From positions 1-64,000 of the forward strand of contig JAVYWK010000009.1 of assembly GCA_038727095.1 (NCBI GenBank): a DNA stretch of 64,000 nt, read 5' to 3'. Made by a program: the position numbers and the translations under genes. This stretch comes from Thermofilaceae archaeon. GTDB lineage: Archaea; Thermoproteota; Thermoprotei; Thermofilales; Thermofilaceae. Below, piece after piece: positions 29,013 through 39,767 of the stretch. Numbering within the stretch: position 1 is the first letter of the stretch; each line of letters begins with the position of its first letter. The notes under the pieces were generated by a model, which saw only the letters and a list, made by a program, of their open reading frames with translations, did not search any database and was not told the DNA's origin.

Positions 29013-29945
29013 ATGTTCCTCACGTGGGATGACGTAACGAGGTTCTCTAGGGAGATCAGGAGGCTACCGCAGCCTGAAATAGACGAGGAGCTGCGGGGCT
29101 GGTCGTGGAGCGGTTCAGCGGTCGCGTCAACGACCTCGTGGCTGCTGGGAGTCTCGGACATCACCAGCGGCTTCTGCCCCAACGGCAGGGACGTCTACCT
29201 AAGGTACGTCCTAAGGGTTAAACAGGCGGACAATAGAGTGCTCCAGAGGGGTAGGTTGGTTCACGAGGTCTTCAGCTTGGCCGTGAGCACGGTCAAGCGC
29301 TTCATATACGGGAGTGGGGGCAGTATCGATGGCGCAGAGCTCTACCGGCTGATGTCCGATGCCGGAGAAAGGGTTGAGAGCGAGGTATTCTCTAAGTACG
29401 ACCTGCTGAGCCGCGAAGAAGCAGCGTGGGTGTTCGAAAGGCTGTGGGACGAGGCCGCGAGGACCTACTCGGCCGCTCTCGACAGGGCGCTCTCCAGATC
29501 CGCGTACATGGCCCTCGAAAGCCTCGTCACCGCCACGATCCCCATGATCACCGAGTTCCCCATAGACGGTTCACATATAGGGTTGAGCAGGACCCTGAGG
29601 GTGGACGCCTTTGTGCCACCCTCACTGCTAGTCGAGATTAAAACCAGGAAGCCCAACCCGATCTATGAGCTCTCCCTAGCGGGCTACGCACTGGCCTTCG
29701 AGAGCCAGTACGAGATACCCGTCAACTACGGCATACTGATGTACGTAGACGTCGACCCGGCCGCGAAGAGGATCCTCGTGAGGCCCTCCCTCGTGCAGAT
29801 AACTTCCAAAGCCAGATCGGAGTTCCTCGAGCTGAGGGACCGGAGGAAGGAGATACTCGCCTACGGGGAGGCCCCCAGGGTCGCCGAGCGCTGCTCCGCA
29901 GAGTGCCCGTACATCCGCTACTGCAGGGGCGGCCCCGATGGGTGA
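29013..29945 (+). CDS. csa1: Csa1 (Cas4-like, type I-A)
   Basis: EELRGWSW, FCPNGRDVYL, VEIK, LAGYALAFES, C-terminal Cys cluster. Confidence 0.92.
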   Translation: MFLTWDDVTRFSREIRRLPQPEIDEELRGWSWSGSAVASTTSWLLGVSDITSGFCPNGRDVYLRYVLRVKQADNRVLQRGRLVHEVFSLAVSTVKRFIYGSGGSIDGAELYRLMSDAGERVESEVFSKYDLLSREEAAWVFERLWDEAARTYSAALDRALSRSAYMALESLVTATIPMITEFPIDGSHIGLSRTLRVDAFVPPSLLVEIKTRKPNPIYELSLAGYALAFESQYEIPVNYGILMYVDVDPAAKRILVRPSLVQITSKARSEFLELRDRRKEILAYGEAPRVAERCSAECPYIRYCRGGPDG

Positions 29946-30951
29946 CGTACTGCTCGTGGACAAGCACGGCGCCTACCTAGGGGTCCAAGAGGGCCTCTTC
30001 GTCCTCAGGGTCAGGGAGGAGGGGAAGTGGAAGGACGTGGTCAAGGTCTCGCCAGCCCAGCTCGACTCCATAGTCATCACCGTTGAGGGCGCCAGCATCA
30101 GCGCTGCGGCGGCCGTCCTAGCCGGTTCCCACGGCATCGACCTGGTATTCATCTCCGGGCACGAGCCAGCATGCAGGCTGCTTCCCGCCACCTACGGTTC
30201 CTCGCTTAAGGTCTGGCTCAAGCAGCTGAGGCAGTCCGCCAGCAGGGTTAGGCGCGCAGAGCTGGCCAGGGCCTTCGTCGAGGGAAAGATCCACAACCAG
30301 AAGGTGATCCTGAGAACCTTCCACAAGGTGGAAGTAGGCAGCGGGAGGCGGGCAGAATCCCTGAAGGAAGCTGTTGAGAAGCTGGAGGAGATCGGCCGCA
30401 AGCTGAGCGGCGTGCAGGACTGGAGGGAGGCAGGCGCGGTGGAGGCGAGCGCCGCTCGCGTGTACTGGGAGGCTGTGAGAGAACTCGTACCAAGAGAGCT
30501 GGGGTTCACCAAGAGGCTTAAAAGGTGGAGCTTACCACCGGGGGAGCAGCCGGATCCCTTCAACGTGGCGCTAAACATTGGATACTCGGCACTCGCCAAG
30601 GAGGTTTGGAGAGCCGTGTTCATAGCGGGCCTGAACCCGTACGTGGGCTTCCTCCACGCTAGGAGGCCCGGCAGGATAAGCCTGGTGTACGACCTGATGG
30701 AGGAGTTCAGACCAGTGGCGGTGGACAGGCCGCTAATCAAGATGGCTAGGAGGGAGCCGAAAGCGCTGAAGCAGCTCGTAGGCAGCGAGGAGAAAAGGAG
30801 GGAAGCGGCAAGGCAGGTATGGAAAGTCGTGCTCTCGACGCTGAGGGACACGCAACCACCGCTGAGAAGCGAAATCACTTCTCAGGCGCGCAAGCTAGCC
30901 CGAGCAATCCTAGAGGGCGGGGAGTACACCCCCTACAAGACCAGGTGGTAG
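29938..30951 (+). CDS. cas1: Cas1 integrase
   Basis: GKIHNQ, EASAARVYW, DPFNVALNIGY, GFLH, SLVYDLMEEFR. Confidence 0.96.
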   Translation: MGDVLLVDKHGAYLGVQEGLFVLRVREEGKWKDVVKVSPAQLDSIVITVEGASISAAAAVLAGSHGIDLVFISGHEPACRLLPATYGSSLKVWLKQLRQSASRVRRAELARAFVEGKIHNQKVILRTFHKVEVGSGRRAESLKEAVEKLEEIGRKLSGVQDWREAGAVEASAARVYWEAVRELVPRELGFTKRLKRWSLPPGEQPDPFNVALNIGYSALAKEVWRAVFIAGLNPYVGFLHARRPGRISLVYDLMEEFRPVAVDRPLIKMARREPKALKQLVGSEEKRREAARQVWKVVLSTLRDTQPPLRSEITSQARKLARAILEGGEYTPYKTRW

Positions 30952-31074
30952 CGCGTGGAGTCCCCCCGTGTGGATAACGTCGGGCTCTGCAACTCCTCAA
31001 GGAAAACTTTAACTCCCGCCTCTAGGAGTTGCACTGGAACGAGGGAGCACGAGCGGAAAACACGCGGGGGATCG
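30952..31074 (+). promoter_or_regulatory. Leader of array 2 with BRE/TATA-like aggaaaactttaa
   Basis: Similar to the array 1 leader; 10-bp inverted repeat tgcaactcct/aggagttgca flanks the TATA-like element. Confidence 0.85.
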
Positions 31075-33983
31075 GTATCAGTGAAGAATGAATTGAAAGA
31101 AACCCTCCCCGCAGGCACGGGGACGGAGGAGGAACGGGGGTGTATCAGTGAAGAATGAATTGAAAGCGTGTTTCGGTTCGAATAAATGGCATCGACAATG
31201 GTGGGTATCAGTGAAGAATGAATTGAAAGATTCTTCGGTTCGAGTACATTGCTCGCTCAACGCCGTTCAGTATCAGTGAAGAATGAATTGAAAGATCCAC
31301 TCGCTCACCTTTTTCCCAGTGATTTTCTGTGCTGTATCAGTGAAGAATGAATTGAAAGTCCCAATTGTATCCTGGCGCCGGCTGCCAGACTTTCACTGTA
31401 TCAGTGAAGAATGAATTGAAAGGTGACGATAGCGGCGAGGCCCGGCCTCAACACCCGCGTCAGTATCAGTGAAGAATGAATTGAAAGGTTTTACAGTATT
31501 CCGTAACGTTTAGACAAGAGTCAAGTATGTATCAGTGAAGAATGAATTGAAAGGACTAGGCTGCTGCCTGATGGTGGTCTGCTGTGCCCGTATCAGTGAA
31601 GAATGAATTGAAAGAATCTCTAGTGAGAACTCCCAGCCACTAGCGCCGATATACGTATCAGTGAAGAATGAATTGAAAGACGTTAAACACCCCTAGCAGC
31701 AGCACTAGCACTCTCCGTGTATCAGTGAAGAATGAATTGAAAGAGTGGAACGAGAGAACTATAGCGAACGGGCCTGGAGAGTATCAGTGAAGAATGAATT
31801 GAAAGCTCAACTATTTCCCATTTTCCATTCATTTTGGTTCATGTATCAGTGAAGAATGAATTGAAAGATATAGCTGTGCTCGTGAAGTAGGCGTACGTTT
31901 TTCTCCGTATCAGTGAAGAATGAATTGAAAGGACAGTTCTTTGTGAACAACTCGTGCAAAAACGGCCGGTGTATCAGTGAAGAATGAATTGAAAGTTCTT
32001 TTCGATTTCAAACAATACTTTTCCGTCTCGTACTAGTATCAGTGAAGAATGAATTGAAAGAAGTCTTGGTTTTTAAATGTTTCGTCTTTCACAACATATG
32101 TATCAGTGAAGAATGAATTGAAAGTACATAGCGGGGCGTATGTAATCGTCTATATTGTTTATGTATCAGTGAAGAATGAATTGAAAGGTGATGGTTGATG
32201 AAGTGCCGGGTCAGCAGGGCGTCTTCATCACCATCAAGTATCAGTGAAGAATGAATTGAAAGTTCTGATAACTTTGTCGCGTGGCAAGCGAATAAGTGTA
32301 GAGTATCAGTGAAGAATGAATTGAAAGGACTGGAGCCAGCGTGACATTGTGAATAATATAGACGACTGTATCAGTGAAGAATGAATTGAAAGCTGGCTCG
32401 GGTTTTTGGAGTGTTTTGTTGTCTGTGTTGTATCAGTGAAGAATGAATTGAAAGATAACCGTATTTGTAGATGTAAATGTAAGCATAATTGTATCAGTGA
32501 AGAATGAATTGAAAGCCCAGCAGCGACAGCCTGGCTGACGCCGTGTAGCTGGCGGGTATCAGTGAAGAATGAATTGAAAGACAATTACATCATCGAACTA
32601 TGCGAACGGTACCGGATACCGGTATCAGTGAAGAATGAATTGAAAGATGATTCAACTGTCTTGACGTTTACGATTCCAGATAATTTTGTGTATCAGTGAA
32701 GAATGAATTGAAAGCTAACTAGAGGAAAGCATTATCTGAAAATTTGGGAGTATCAGTGAAGAATGAATTGAAAGTCGCTTTCTTTATGGTTATTGTAGCG
32801 ATATGGGCTCTGGTATCAGTGAAGAATGAATTGAAAGTTCTCTATCTCGAAAAACCACCCTTTCCACTTGGTGTGTATCAGTGAAGAATGAATTGAAAGA
32901 CGACTATGATGGCACGATGACCGGAACCGTAGGCGCGTATCAGTGAAGAATGAATTGAAAGGCCTCGCCATCGGCTTCGCAATCTTGCAAGCCACGGCTT
33001 CAGTATCAGTGAAGAATGAATTGAAAGACCGGCTGCAGTACCGAAAGCGGCAGCCCCCGCTCACACGTATCAGTGAAGAATGAATTGAAAGTTGATATCG
33101 TGAGGCGCGGGGTGGCGTTCATGCTGGCGCGTATCAGTGAAGAATGAATTGAAAGAGAAGGCGCGCCTGAGTCAGCAGAGGCAGCTTGAGCTGGTATCAG
33201 TGAAGAATGAATTGAAAGACCAGCTGGCCCAGGCAGCGCTGGCGGCAACCGCAGGTATCAGTGAAGAATGAATTGAAAGTGAGCGACCTTAAGAGCGCGC
33301 ACACAGCTGTGGAGCAGGGTATCAGTGAAGAATGAATTGAAAGCCTCAGGCGGCAGGGCATAGACTTCCTCGCCGACCTGAGTATCAGTGAAGAATGAAT
33401 TGAAAGATTTTTGGTTTGTAAAATGCCAATTTACCGAGAATATGTATCAGTGAAGAATGAATTGAAAGTATTAATCCAGTTGCGAAACGGTGCACGCATA
33501 TCTGAAGTATCAGTGAAGAATGAATTGAAAGGCCTCAGCTCAGCCTCATGCGGCAGCTCTCTAGGGCAGGTATCAGTGAAGAATGAATTGAAAGACACGG
33601 GTGGCAGCGGGGTGCGGTTGATGTACATGAAGGTATCAGTGAAGAATGAATTGAAAGTGGACGGGTAAGCCGCAGCGTATCGTCACCTTCACGATCTGGT
33701 ATCAGTGAAGAATGAATTGAAAGATGATCTTCTCAGCCATCTCCCTAGCCTTCTTCGCTAATGTATCAGTGAAGAATGAATTGAAAGAAATCCTAACGTA
33801 ACAGCGCCATAAAAACCAATAATTTAAGTATCAGTGAAGAATGAATTGAAAGAAAAATAGGTCCCGGTACGGTATGTGTAATTTTGGATATGTGTCAGTG
33901 AAGAATGAATTGAAAGATGAGAAGATGAAGGAGGCGGGTGCCGCGGGTGCGTGGGTTGGTATCAGTGAAGAATGAATTGAAAG
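31075..33983 (+). CRISPR. CRISPR array 2, ~46 repeats GTATCAGTGAAGAATGAATTGAAAG (family B)
   Basis: 25-bp repeat with 35-50 nt spacers; variant repeat near 33893; degenerate trailer near 34008. Confidence 0.99.
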
Positions 33984-34191
33984 AAGATGCTGTTTCGGTA
34001 AAATATGGTATCGATTTGGAAAACATTCAAAAATCGCTATCGTCGTAGCTACGGTAACCTATGAAGTCTGTGTAGAGCTTAGGTAGCTTCACTGTAATCA
34101 CAGCTTTTACGCCGCGTGTGCTTGAACTATTATTGAACTTAGTGGGAAGCTTTATTAAAAAGGCTGAACCCGTTCGGGTGGTTAGAAGCCT

Positions 34192-35187
34192 GTGTCGGCG
34201 TCATGGCGTGAAGCTCTAAGGAATGCTGCAACCGAGGAGGGGCTGGGCAGCAGTCGGAATGTGCTCAGAGCGTACCAGTTTGTTATGGAGAGGCTTTCCA
34301 GAATTGATCTATCTAAGCTTCTACAGCTTGAAAAAAGCAGGCGTGGTGCTGAGGGGAGGCTAGTCTTCATCGGGATGGCCGACGTTGCCAGCAGCCGTTG
34401 GTGCGCCGCTAAGAGTCTTTTAGCGAGCTTGGAAGGGGAACTTGCTTATTTCGGGGCCTATCTGTTCGACAGGCTAGCGTACTCGCTCGTGCTGGGGTAC
34501 GTGAGGGAGCTACCGGTGCGCGATGAAGAGCTCCTGCACGTTGGCGATGAGATAACTTTTGCTGATATTGAGAGGCTTCTAAAAGAGAAGAGAAGGCAAG
34601 AGAGTACAGGTGGTATTGGTATTATTTTCACAGCAATTACTTTTCCTGAGGAGGGGGTTGCAGCTCTAAACCCTCGACTTGCACCTGAGAAGAAAGCTGT
34701 GGAGAAGAAGCGCTTAGAGAAGGAGGGTTTCAGGGTCTTGGATTTAAAGGATCTATCGCCTATTGCGAGAGGCCAGGCTTATCACCTATTCTTTGCAGAG
34801 AAGTATGCAAGCATTAGGTGGAACTTCAGCTGGGAGGACTACGTTGTTGTAGGAGTCCCGGACGGAATAACTGATGAGTTCGTCTACGAGTTCAAGACGA
34901 CTAGGGATAGATTCCTCCTAAACTATGTAAAGTGGCCCGCGCTAACCCAGGGGGATCTCTACGGGTACTTCTTCAGGCGTGGAAAGAAGAGAGTGCAGAT
35001 ATACGTTGTGGATGAAGACGAGATACTGACGTGGCACGGGGAGGTGGATAGGGCGAACGCCGAAGACACGCTCAAAGCGTTCAAGGATGTTGATGAGAAC
35101 CGCGAGTTCCCACTCCCAAAGAAATGGAAGTGCAAGAGCTGCGAGTATAGAGGGCAGTGCCAAGCATTGAAGCCTAGGTCGAGTTAA
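34192..35187 (+). CDS. Stand-alone Cas4-like PD-(D/E)xK nuclease with Fe-S cysteines
   Basis: SRWC, GVPDG, YEFKT, QGDLY, CKSCEYRGQC; start uncertain. Confidence 0.75.
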   Translation: MSASWREALRNAATEEGLGSSRNVLRAYQFVMERLSRIDLSKLLQLEKSRRGAEGRLVFIGMADVASSRWCAAKSLLASLEGELAYFGAYLFDRLAYSLVLGYVRELPVRDEELLHVGDEITFADIERLLKEKRRQESTGGIGIIFTAITFPEEGVAALNPRLAPEKKAVEKKRLEKEGFRVLDLKDLSPIARGQAYHLFFAEKYASIRWNFSWEDYVVVGVPDGITDEFVYEFKTTRDRFLLNYVKWPALTQGDLYGYFFRRGKKRVQIYVVDEDEILTWHGEVDRANAEDTLKAFKDVDENREFPLPKKWKCKSCEYRGQCQALKPRSS

Positions 35188-35537
35188 GTAAACGGAAAGG
35201 AGATACAGCAGGACAGAACGCGAGTAGCACAAGTGTCGAACTGCAACGCTGCTACGATGTATCGGGAACGGACTCTGTTACTTTAGCTAAGTCTCACGAT
35301 GCACATGCGCGAGATAGTCGCCCCCGCCGTTAGATGCTAGCTCGACGCAGCCATTTCTTTTCGCCTGGGGCTGCGACGATCCCCCTCAAGGTTTGAAGGG
35401 GTACGTAGATGGAGAGCATTACATCTACACCTTGTATCTTCTAGGCCTCCAATCGCACCGCATCACTTGCTTATAACGTTACATAGCGCTCCCCGCCTCG
35501 TTGAAACAGATGGGCGAAGAGAAGGGCCAGAAGGGAC

Positions 35538-35752
35538 GCAATCAAGAGATAATAGAAAGACAGCATTTTCACATTATTTTCACATTCACTTTTACATTGA
35601 AAAAGAAAAGAAAAATGCAATCAAGAGATTATAGGAAGCCTCCCTTCATCAAAGTCAGCGGCGCAATCGAGAGATGAGATAAAAGGAGGGCAGTTTACGA
35701 AGATTATTCCCTTGTGCTCAAACATTGATTGGGGCAATCGAGATGATGGGAG
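35538..35752 (+). CRISPR. Degenerate mini-array, repeat family C
   Basis: gcaatcaagagataatagaaag at 35538; decaying copies at 35617, 35663, 35734. Confidence 0.6.
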
Positions 35753-36966
35753 GACTGTTCTGCTCTGATAGTCCTTTGTGAGATCCCCTAGGTGCTTGAG
35801 GCAAAAGAAAGATGGTCAGAGGGGCGCGGTGGAGCGCTATCTGAGAGAGTACCGCCATTTTCGTCCTCCTCTTTTTACTTTTACAGCTACTTCGAGTGAG
35901 GGCTAGTAAACGAAGCGTTGTCTGGGCGCCCCGCAGCATAATGTACGGGGATTGCGCAAGACTCTGAGCACTCCAGCCGGTGGTCCATGCTGGTTGGTGC
36001 GTTGCGAGCGCTTGCCACTATCCCGTCCTAACGTGCGACAGACGCATGGAAAAATGATGCATGCACTCGTGACCCGACACCCCCGAAGCCGAGAGTCACG
36101 AGGTGCAAAGCGGGAATCTTCATGATGAAAGAGCCCCTTACGATCAAAAGTCTCCAGCCTCGACTTGAAGGCCGACTGGGCTCACACCATGAAGCCCTTC
36201 TGACCGCAGAGGAGGATGGTTGCGCCGTCAGAAGCCTCTCACCCTCAAGCGGCGCTCAGCTGACGCTGCGCCTGCATACCCTTCCCCTTGGTTGAGCCCC
36301 TGTGGGTTGGGTGGGACCGCGGACTTGGTGCCAGCTTGGATCGGGATGTACCGTCGTCGGGCTGGGGGCTCATGGGTTGGGTGGAGGGGTACGTGATGCG
36401 CGAGAGGACGGATGTGGCTCTTAAAGGGGCTTGAGATAACCGTTTACTAGCACCCTGGGAAGGAAATTCATGTGGCAACTTTGCAGTAATCGTAGCAGTT
36501 ACGCTCGAGAAGATAAGGTATGCTTTAGGATACTGCGATGAATCAGGCTGCTATCAACAGCAATACCGGCGTAATACTATTTTTTAGTTTATGGTCGCAT
36601 TACAGAAAATTTACCCTTTATCTTAGGTGGCACCCAGCCACTAAAAGTATGCTAACCATCACCTTTTTCTACAGCTCTGTATTAAGAATAGTTCTTTCTA
36701 CAAGATTGTTCACCAATTTGTTTTCAGTTTTCACGTCCATGTTGTAAAATGATGTCGCTTGCTTAGTACTGTAAATTTGGCCTATTATCTTTGCAACTGC
36801 TAGTACTGTCGCCTCGATAAGCATGGTATGAGGCTTAATGCATCAAGGATAGAAGATTGAGGGGCTCCTGAAAAGAGCCTGTATTCACCCCGATTAGATC
36901 TTTCCGCTCCTTACTTTGAAGCTTAATGCGGCGCTCAGCTCGCCCGTTGGCAGTATAGAGGAGCTG

Positions 36967-38682
36967 TCAGTAATTTGCGGTTGTTTGCTCTGCGGTTTTC
37001 CTCGATGCCTTTTGCACGTAGTGGCCTGCGATGGAAAGCGTGAGGGTGGTGGCGATGGCCAGCGCCATCCCTACAAGCGTTGTGAAGGAGGCTTTGGTGA
37101 GGTAGAGGAAGAACCTGAAACCCTCCCTCCAGTCGGGTGGGGGGAATCGCACTGTTGAGCCGTAGCTGACGTAGAAGGGTGCCGCGTAGGCGAGGCTCAG
37201 GGCCACCGCTAGGGTCATCGCCGTGAGCGCCGGCACGAGGGCCTTTGGTAGGCCCGCCCTGAAGGGGGTCAGCTCTGCTAAGCCCAGCAGGAGCCCCACA
37301 GTTAAGCCGGCTACAGCCGAGGCGAGCATCACCTTGTCCATGAGATCGCCTAGGGCTTTCACGTCTGAGAGGCTGAACGGCCCCCTCGCTGAGCGGTAGG
37401 TGGCCCAGAAGGTGATCTCGTAGGCGAGGATCGCCGCCAGCACGAGGATGTGGCTCCTGGTGCTGAGGAGGCGGGCCTTGAGCGGGGCGTAGAGGCCGGC
37501 CGGTACCAGGAGCGCGAGCGCAAGGGCCGCGGCCAGCCTGAAGCCCATGCCCTCGCTGTACAGCCTGCCGGTGATCACCCCGTAGGCCTCCAAGGGGTCT
37601 GCGCCCTCGGGGACCCTCACGCTCGAAGCCTCGCTGAGCGCCCCAACGACCCTCCAGGCCTGCTCCAGTGAAGCCTTCCTGTACGCCTCAACCCTATCGC
37701 TCGGCAGGTTGAAGCCCTCCTCGAGGGGCCTCCCGATCGATTGGGCCGGAAGCCTCAACCCCATGAGCATCGCCACCGTGGGCGCGATGTCGTTGTGGGT
37801 GTAGCCGGTGGTGTCCACCCCCGGCCTCACGCCGGGCCCGATGAGCAGCGTGAAGACCCTCCTGACCTCGGGCTCCGGCCCACCGTGGTGTCCACCCCTC
37901 TTGAAGCTGTGGTCGCTGAGGATCACCACGAGCGCGTCCTCCCCCGCGAGCGCCTCTACCGCGTTGATGGTGAGCTTGACCACGTTCACCACCGTGGAGT
38001 TGTACTCCGGTGCGCCTGCGCCGCCCGCCAAGTGGCCGATCAGGTCCACGTCGTTGACGCTGATCCAGAGGAAGACGCTGTGCCCAATCCCCGAGTACCT
38101 CCTGAGTAGGCTTAAGCCCTCAGCCAGCGCCAGCGCCCCCTGGCCGCCCCCCTCCTCCACCGGGGCGCACTCGTCGATGTACTCCCTGAACAGCATCTCC
38201 ACGGACGCGTCCCCGGAGCACAGGATCTTGAACCCGGCCTCCCTGGCCGCCCTCACTATGCTGTCAACCCCCACCGCACCCGTGTACTCGTTCGAGAGGA
38301 CTCCGTTGATCTCCGGGGGAGCTCCGGTGAGTATGGAAGCCCTCGCGGGGATGGAGTACGTTGGCGTGTTGGCCAGCCCGTTGGGGTAGAAGGCGCCCAT
38401 CGAGACCAGGCGGGCCGCGTCGCCACCCCTCCGGATCAGGTCCTCGAGCGCGTCCACGCTCAACCCGTCCAGGAGGATGAAGACGACGTGCCTCGCGACG
38501 GGCGCACCCGAAACCCGGACCGGCTCCACCCGCCCCAGGGCGTCTGCGTACGGGTTCCGGTAGCCCACCCAGCTGTTGTAAGCCCCCTGCGCCGCGCTCA
38601 TCGAAGCCAGGGCTAGCGCAACGGCAGCTAAGGCTGCAGCAGCGATATGCAAGTAGACAAGCTTCGAACCCGCCATTGACAC
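36967..38682 (-). CDS. Membrane-anchored alkaline-phosphatase-superfamily enzyme (phosphodiesterase/phosphoethanolamine transferase-like)
   Basis: Signal peptide, ILLDGL, PTYSIPARASILTG, DLIGH, SDH, HGG, multi-TM C-terminus. Confidence 0.8.
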   Translation of the reverse strand: MSMAGSKLVYLHIAAAALAAVALALASMSAAQGAYNSWVGYRNPYADALGRVEPVRVSGAPVARHVVFILLDGLSVDALEDLIRRGGDAARLVSMGAFYPNGLANTPTYSIPARASILTGAPPEINGVLSNEYTGAVGVDSIVRAAREAGFKILCSGDASVEMLFREYIDECAPVEEGGGQGALALAEGLSLLRRYSGIGHSVFLWISVNDVDLIGHLAGGAGAPEYNSTVVNVVKLTINAVEALAGEDALVVILSDHSFKRGGHHGGPEPEVRRVFTLLIGPGVRPGVDTTGYTHNDIAPTVAMLMGLRLPAQSIGRPLEEGFNLPSDRVEAYRKASLEQAWRVVGALSEASSVRVPEGADPLEAYGVITGRLYSEGMGFRLAAALALALLVPAGLYAPLKARLLSTRSHILVLAAILAYEITFWATYRSARGPFSLSDVKALGDLMDKVMLASAVAGLTVGLLLGLAELTPFRAGLPKALVPALTAMTLAVALSLAYAAPFYVSYGSTVRFPPPDWREGFRFFLYLTKASFTTLVGMALAIATTLTLSIAGHYVQKASRKTAEQTTANY

Positions 38683-38859
38683 TAGACGAAAGCGGAGGTA
38701 AAAATGACTTGCCGAGCCCCAAAGGCTGAAGAAGACGCGATCCCATCAAATCAAATCGTCAGCAGGATCAACAGCTCGGTAAAGAAACCAAAACACCATC
38801 AGGCGGGTCTGGAAAACCCGTCAAACCCCCGAGCCCTCCTCGAGCTGCAGGAGCGAGCA

Positions 38860-39180
38860 GGATATTCTCGGTCGATTAACCGCGGAGCTCCGTCGAAGCC
38901 CCTTTCGTCAGGCATGACCGCTCTGCTTCTCGGTGCTGTGGCCGGTTGCGCGGCATCCTCGCGGTCGATGTCGTACCCCCGCGTTGCTGCCCCGGTTTTG
39001 TCCTCTACCGCTAGAGGTGCCCCCTTAGGCCGGGCTGGTTCCCCATCGATCCCATACCTCCTTGTTAGCCGTCCCGTTTCGAGTTCATTCGGTTTCCATC
39101 CCTACAAGGCACCAGAGTCCCCATCGTCTGAGCTTACGACGCCTTACCGCACCTGCAACTGGGAGCGGCGATCGTGCAGC
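38860..39180 (-). pseudogene. Heavily decayed PIN/VapC remnant(s)
   Basis: Minus strand reads YDIDREDAAQPATA...DERGFD, resembling the PIN C-terminal DFED/NDRDFD pattern. Confidence 0.35.
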
Positions 39181-39353
39181 TAAGCGGGGGCTCTCGGTTC
39201 GGGGGCTGGCGAGCTGGATGAGCTGTTGAGCGAGGATGAGGTCCCGCCCATATTGTTCTGAGCTGTTCGCAGCCTGTGAGCCTCAGGGGTTGCTCTCGAG
39301 ATGAAGGGCGCTCATGACCGTGCTCGGCCGTGGAGCGAGCTGCAGGGGCTCGT

Positions 39354-39755
39354 CTAGCCCCGCTGTTCTTGCTTGAAGAGCTCCTCGATTTTCCCTATGA
39401 TCCTCTCGGCCGTTGTGAGGAGCTTCTGGGAGGTCCCCTGTGCTATCTCCTTCCAAGGCTTCCTCAGCCCTGCGTTGGGGTACCTTGCTACCACGTAGTA
39501 GGGTGAGAGCTCTGAGAGCCCCTCGATCTCGCTGGAGTCCAGCTGTATCTCTGCCTCTGCGGCCAGCTCTACGAGATCTCGTGTTCTGGGGGGCCTCACC
39601 CTCTTGAAGGCTATGATGTACGCCTTCAGCGCCTTCTCGACGGCCTGGTGGGCTAGGAATGCGAAGAGGTGGTAGCTTCCGCTAGAGTGCGCCTCTCTCG
39701 CCTCCCTCAGGTCGACGAGGGAGCTTTCAAGCCAATCCAGTGCCTCCTCCCTCAC
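39354..39755 (-). CDS. HEPN-domain protein (HEPN-MNT pair 1)
   Basis: AFLAHQAVEKALKA, YVVARYPNA. Confidence 0.9.
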   Translation of the reverse strand: MREEALDWLESSLVDLREAREAHSSGSYHLFAFLAHQAVEKALKAYIIAFKRVRPPRTRDLVELAAEAEIQLDSSEIEGLSELSPYYVVARYPNAGLRKPWKEIAQGTSQKLLTTAERIIGKIEELFKQEQRG

Positions 39756-39767
39756 TGCGCCCAGCCT

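Noticed and set aside
28360-29945. Inverted cas4 divergent from csa1-cas1
   Set aside because: To my knowledge the usual Thermoproteales type I-A arrangement, so not novel.
15721-33983. Self-targeting spacers within the window
   Set aside because: No convincing long match found by eye; needs computation.
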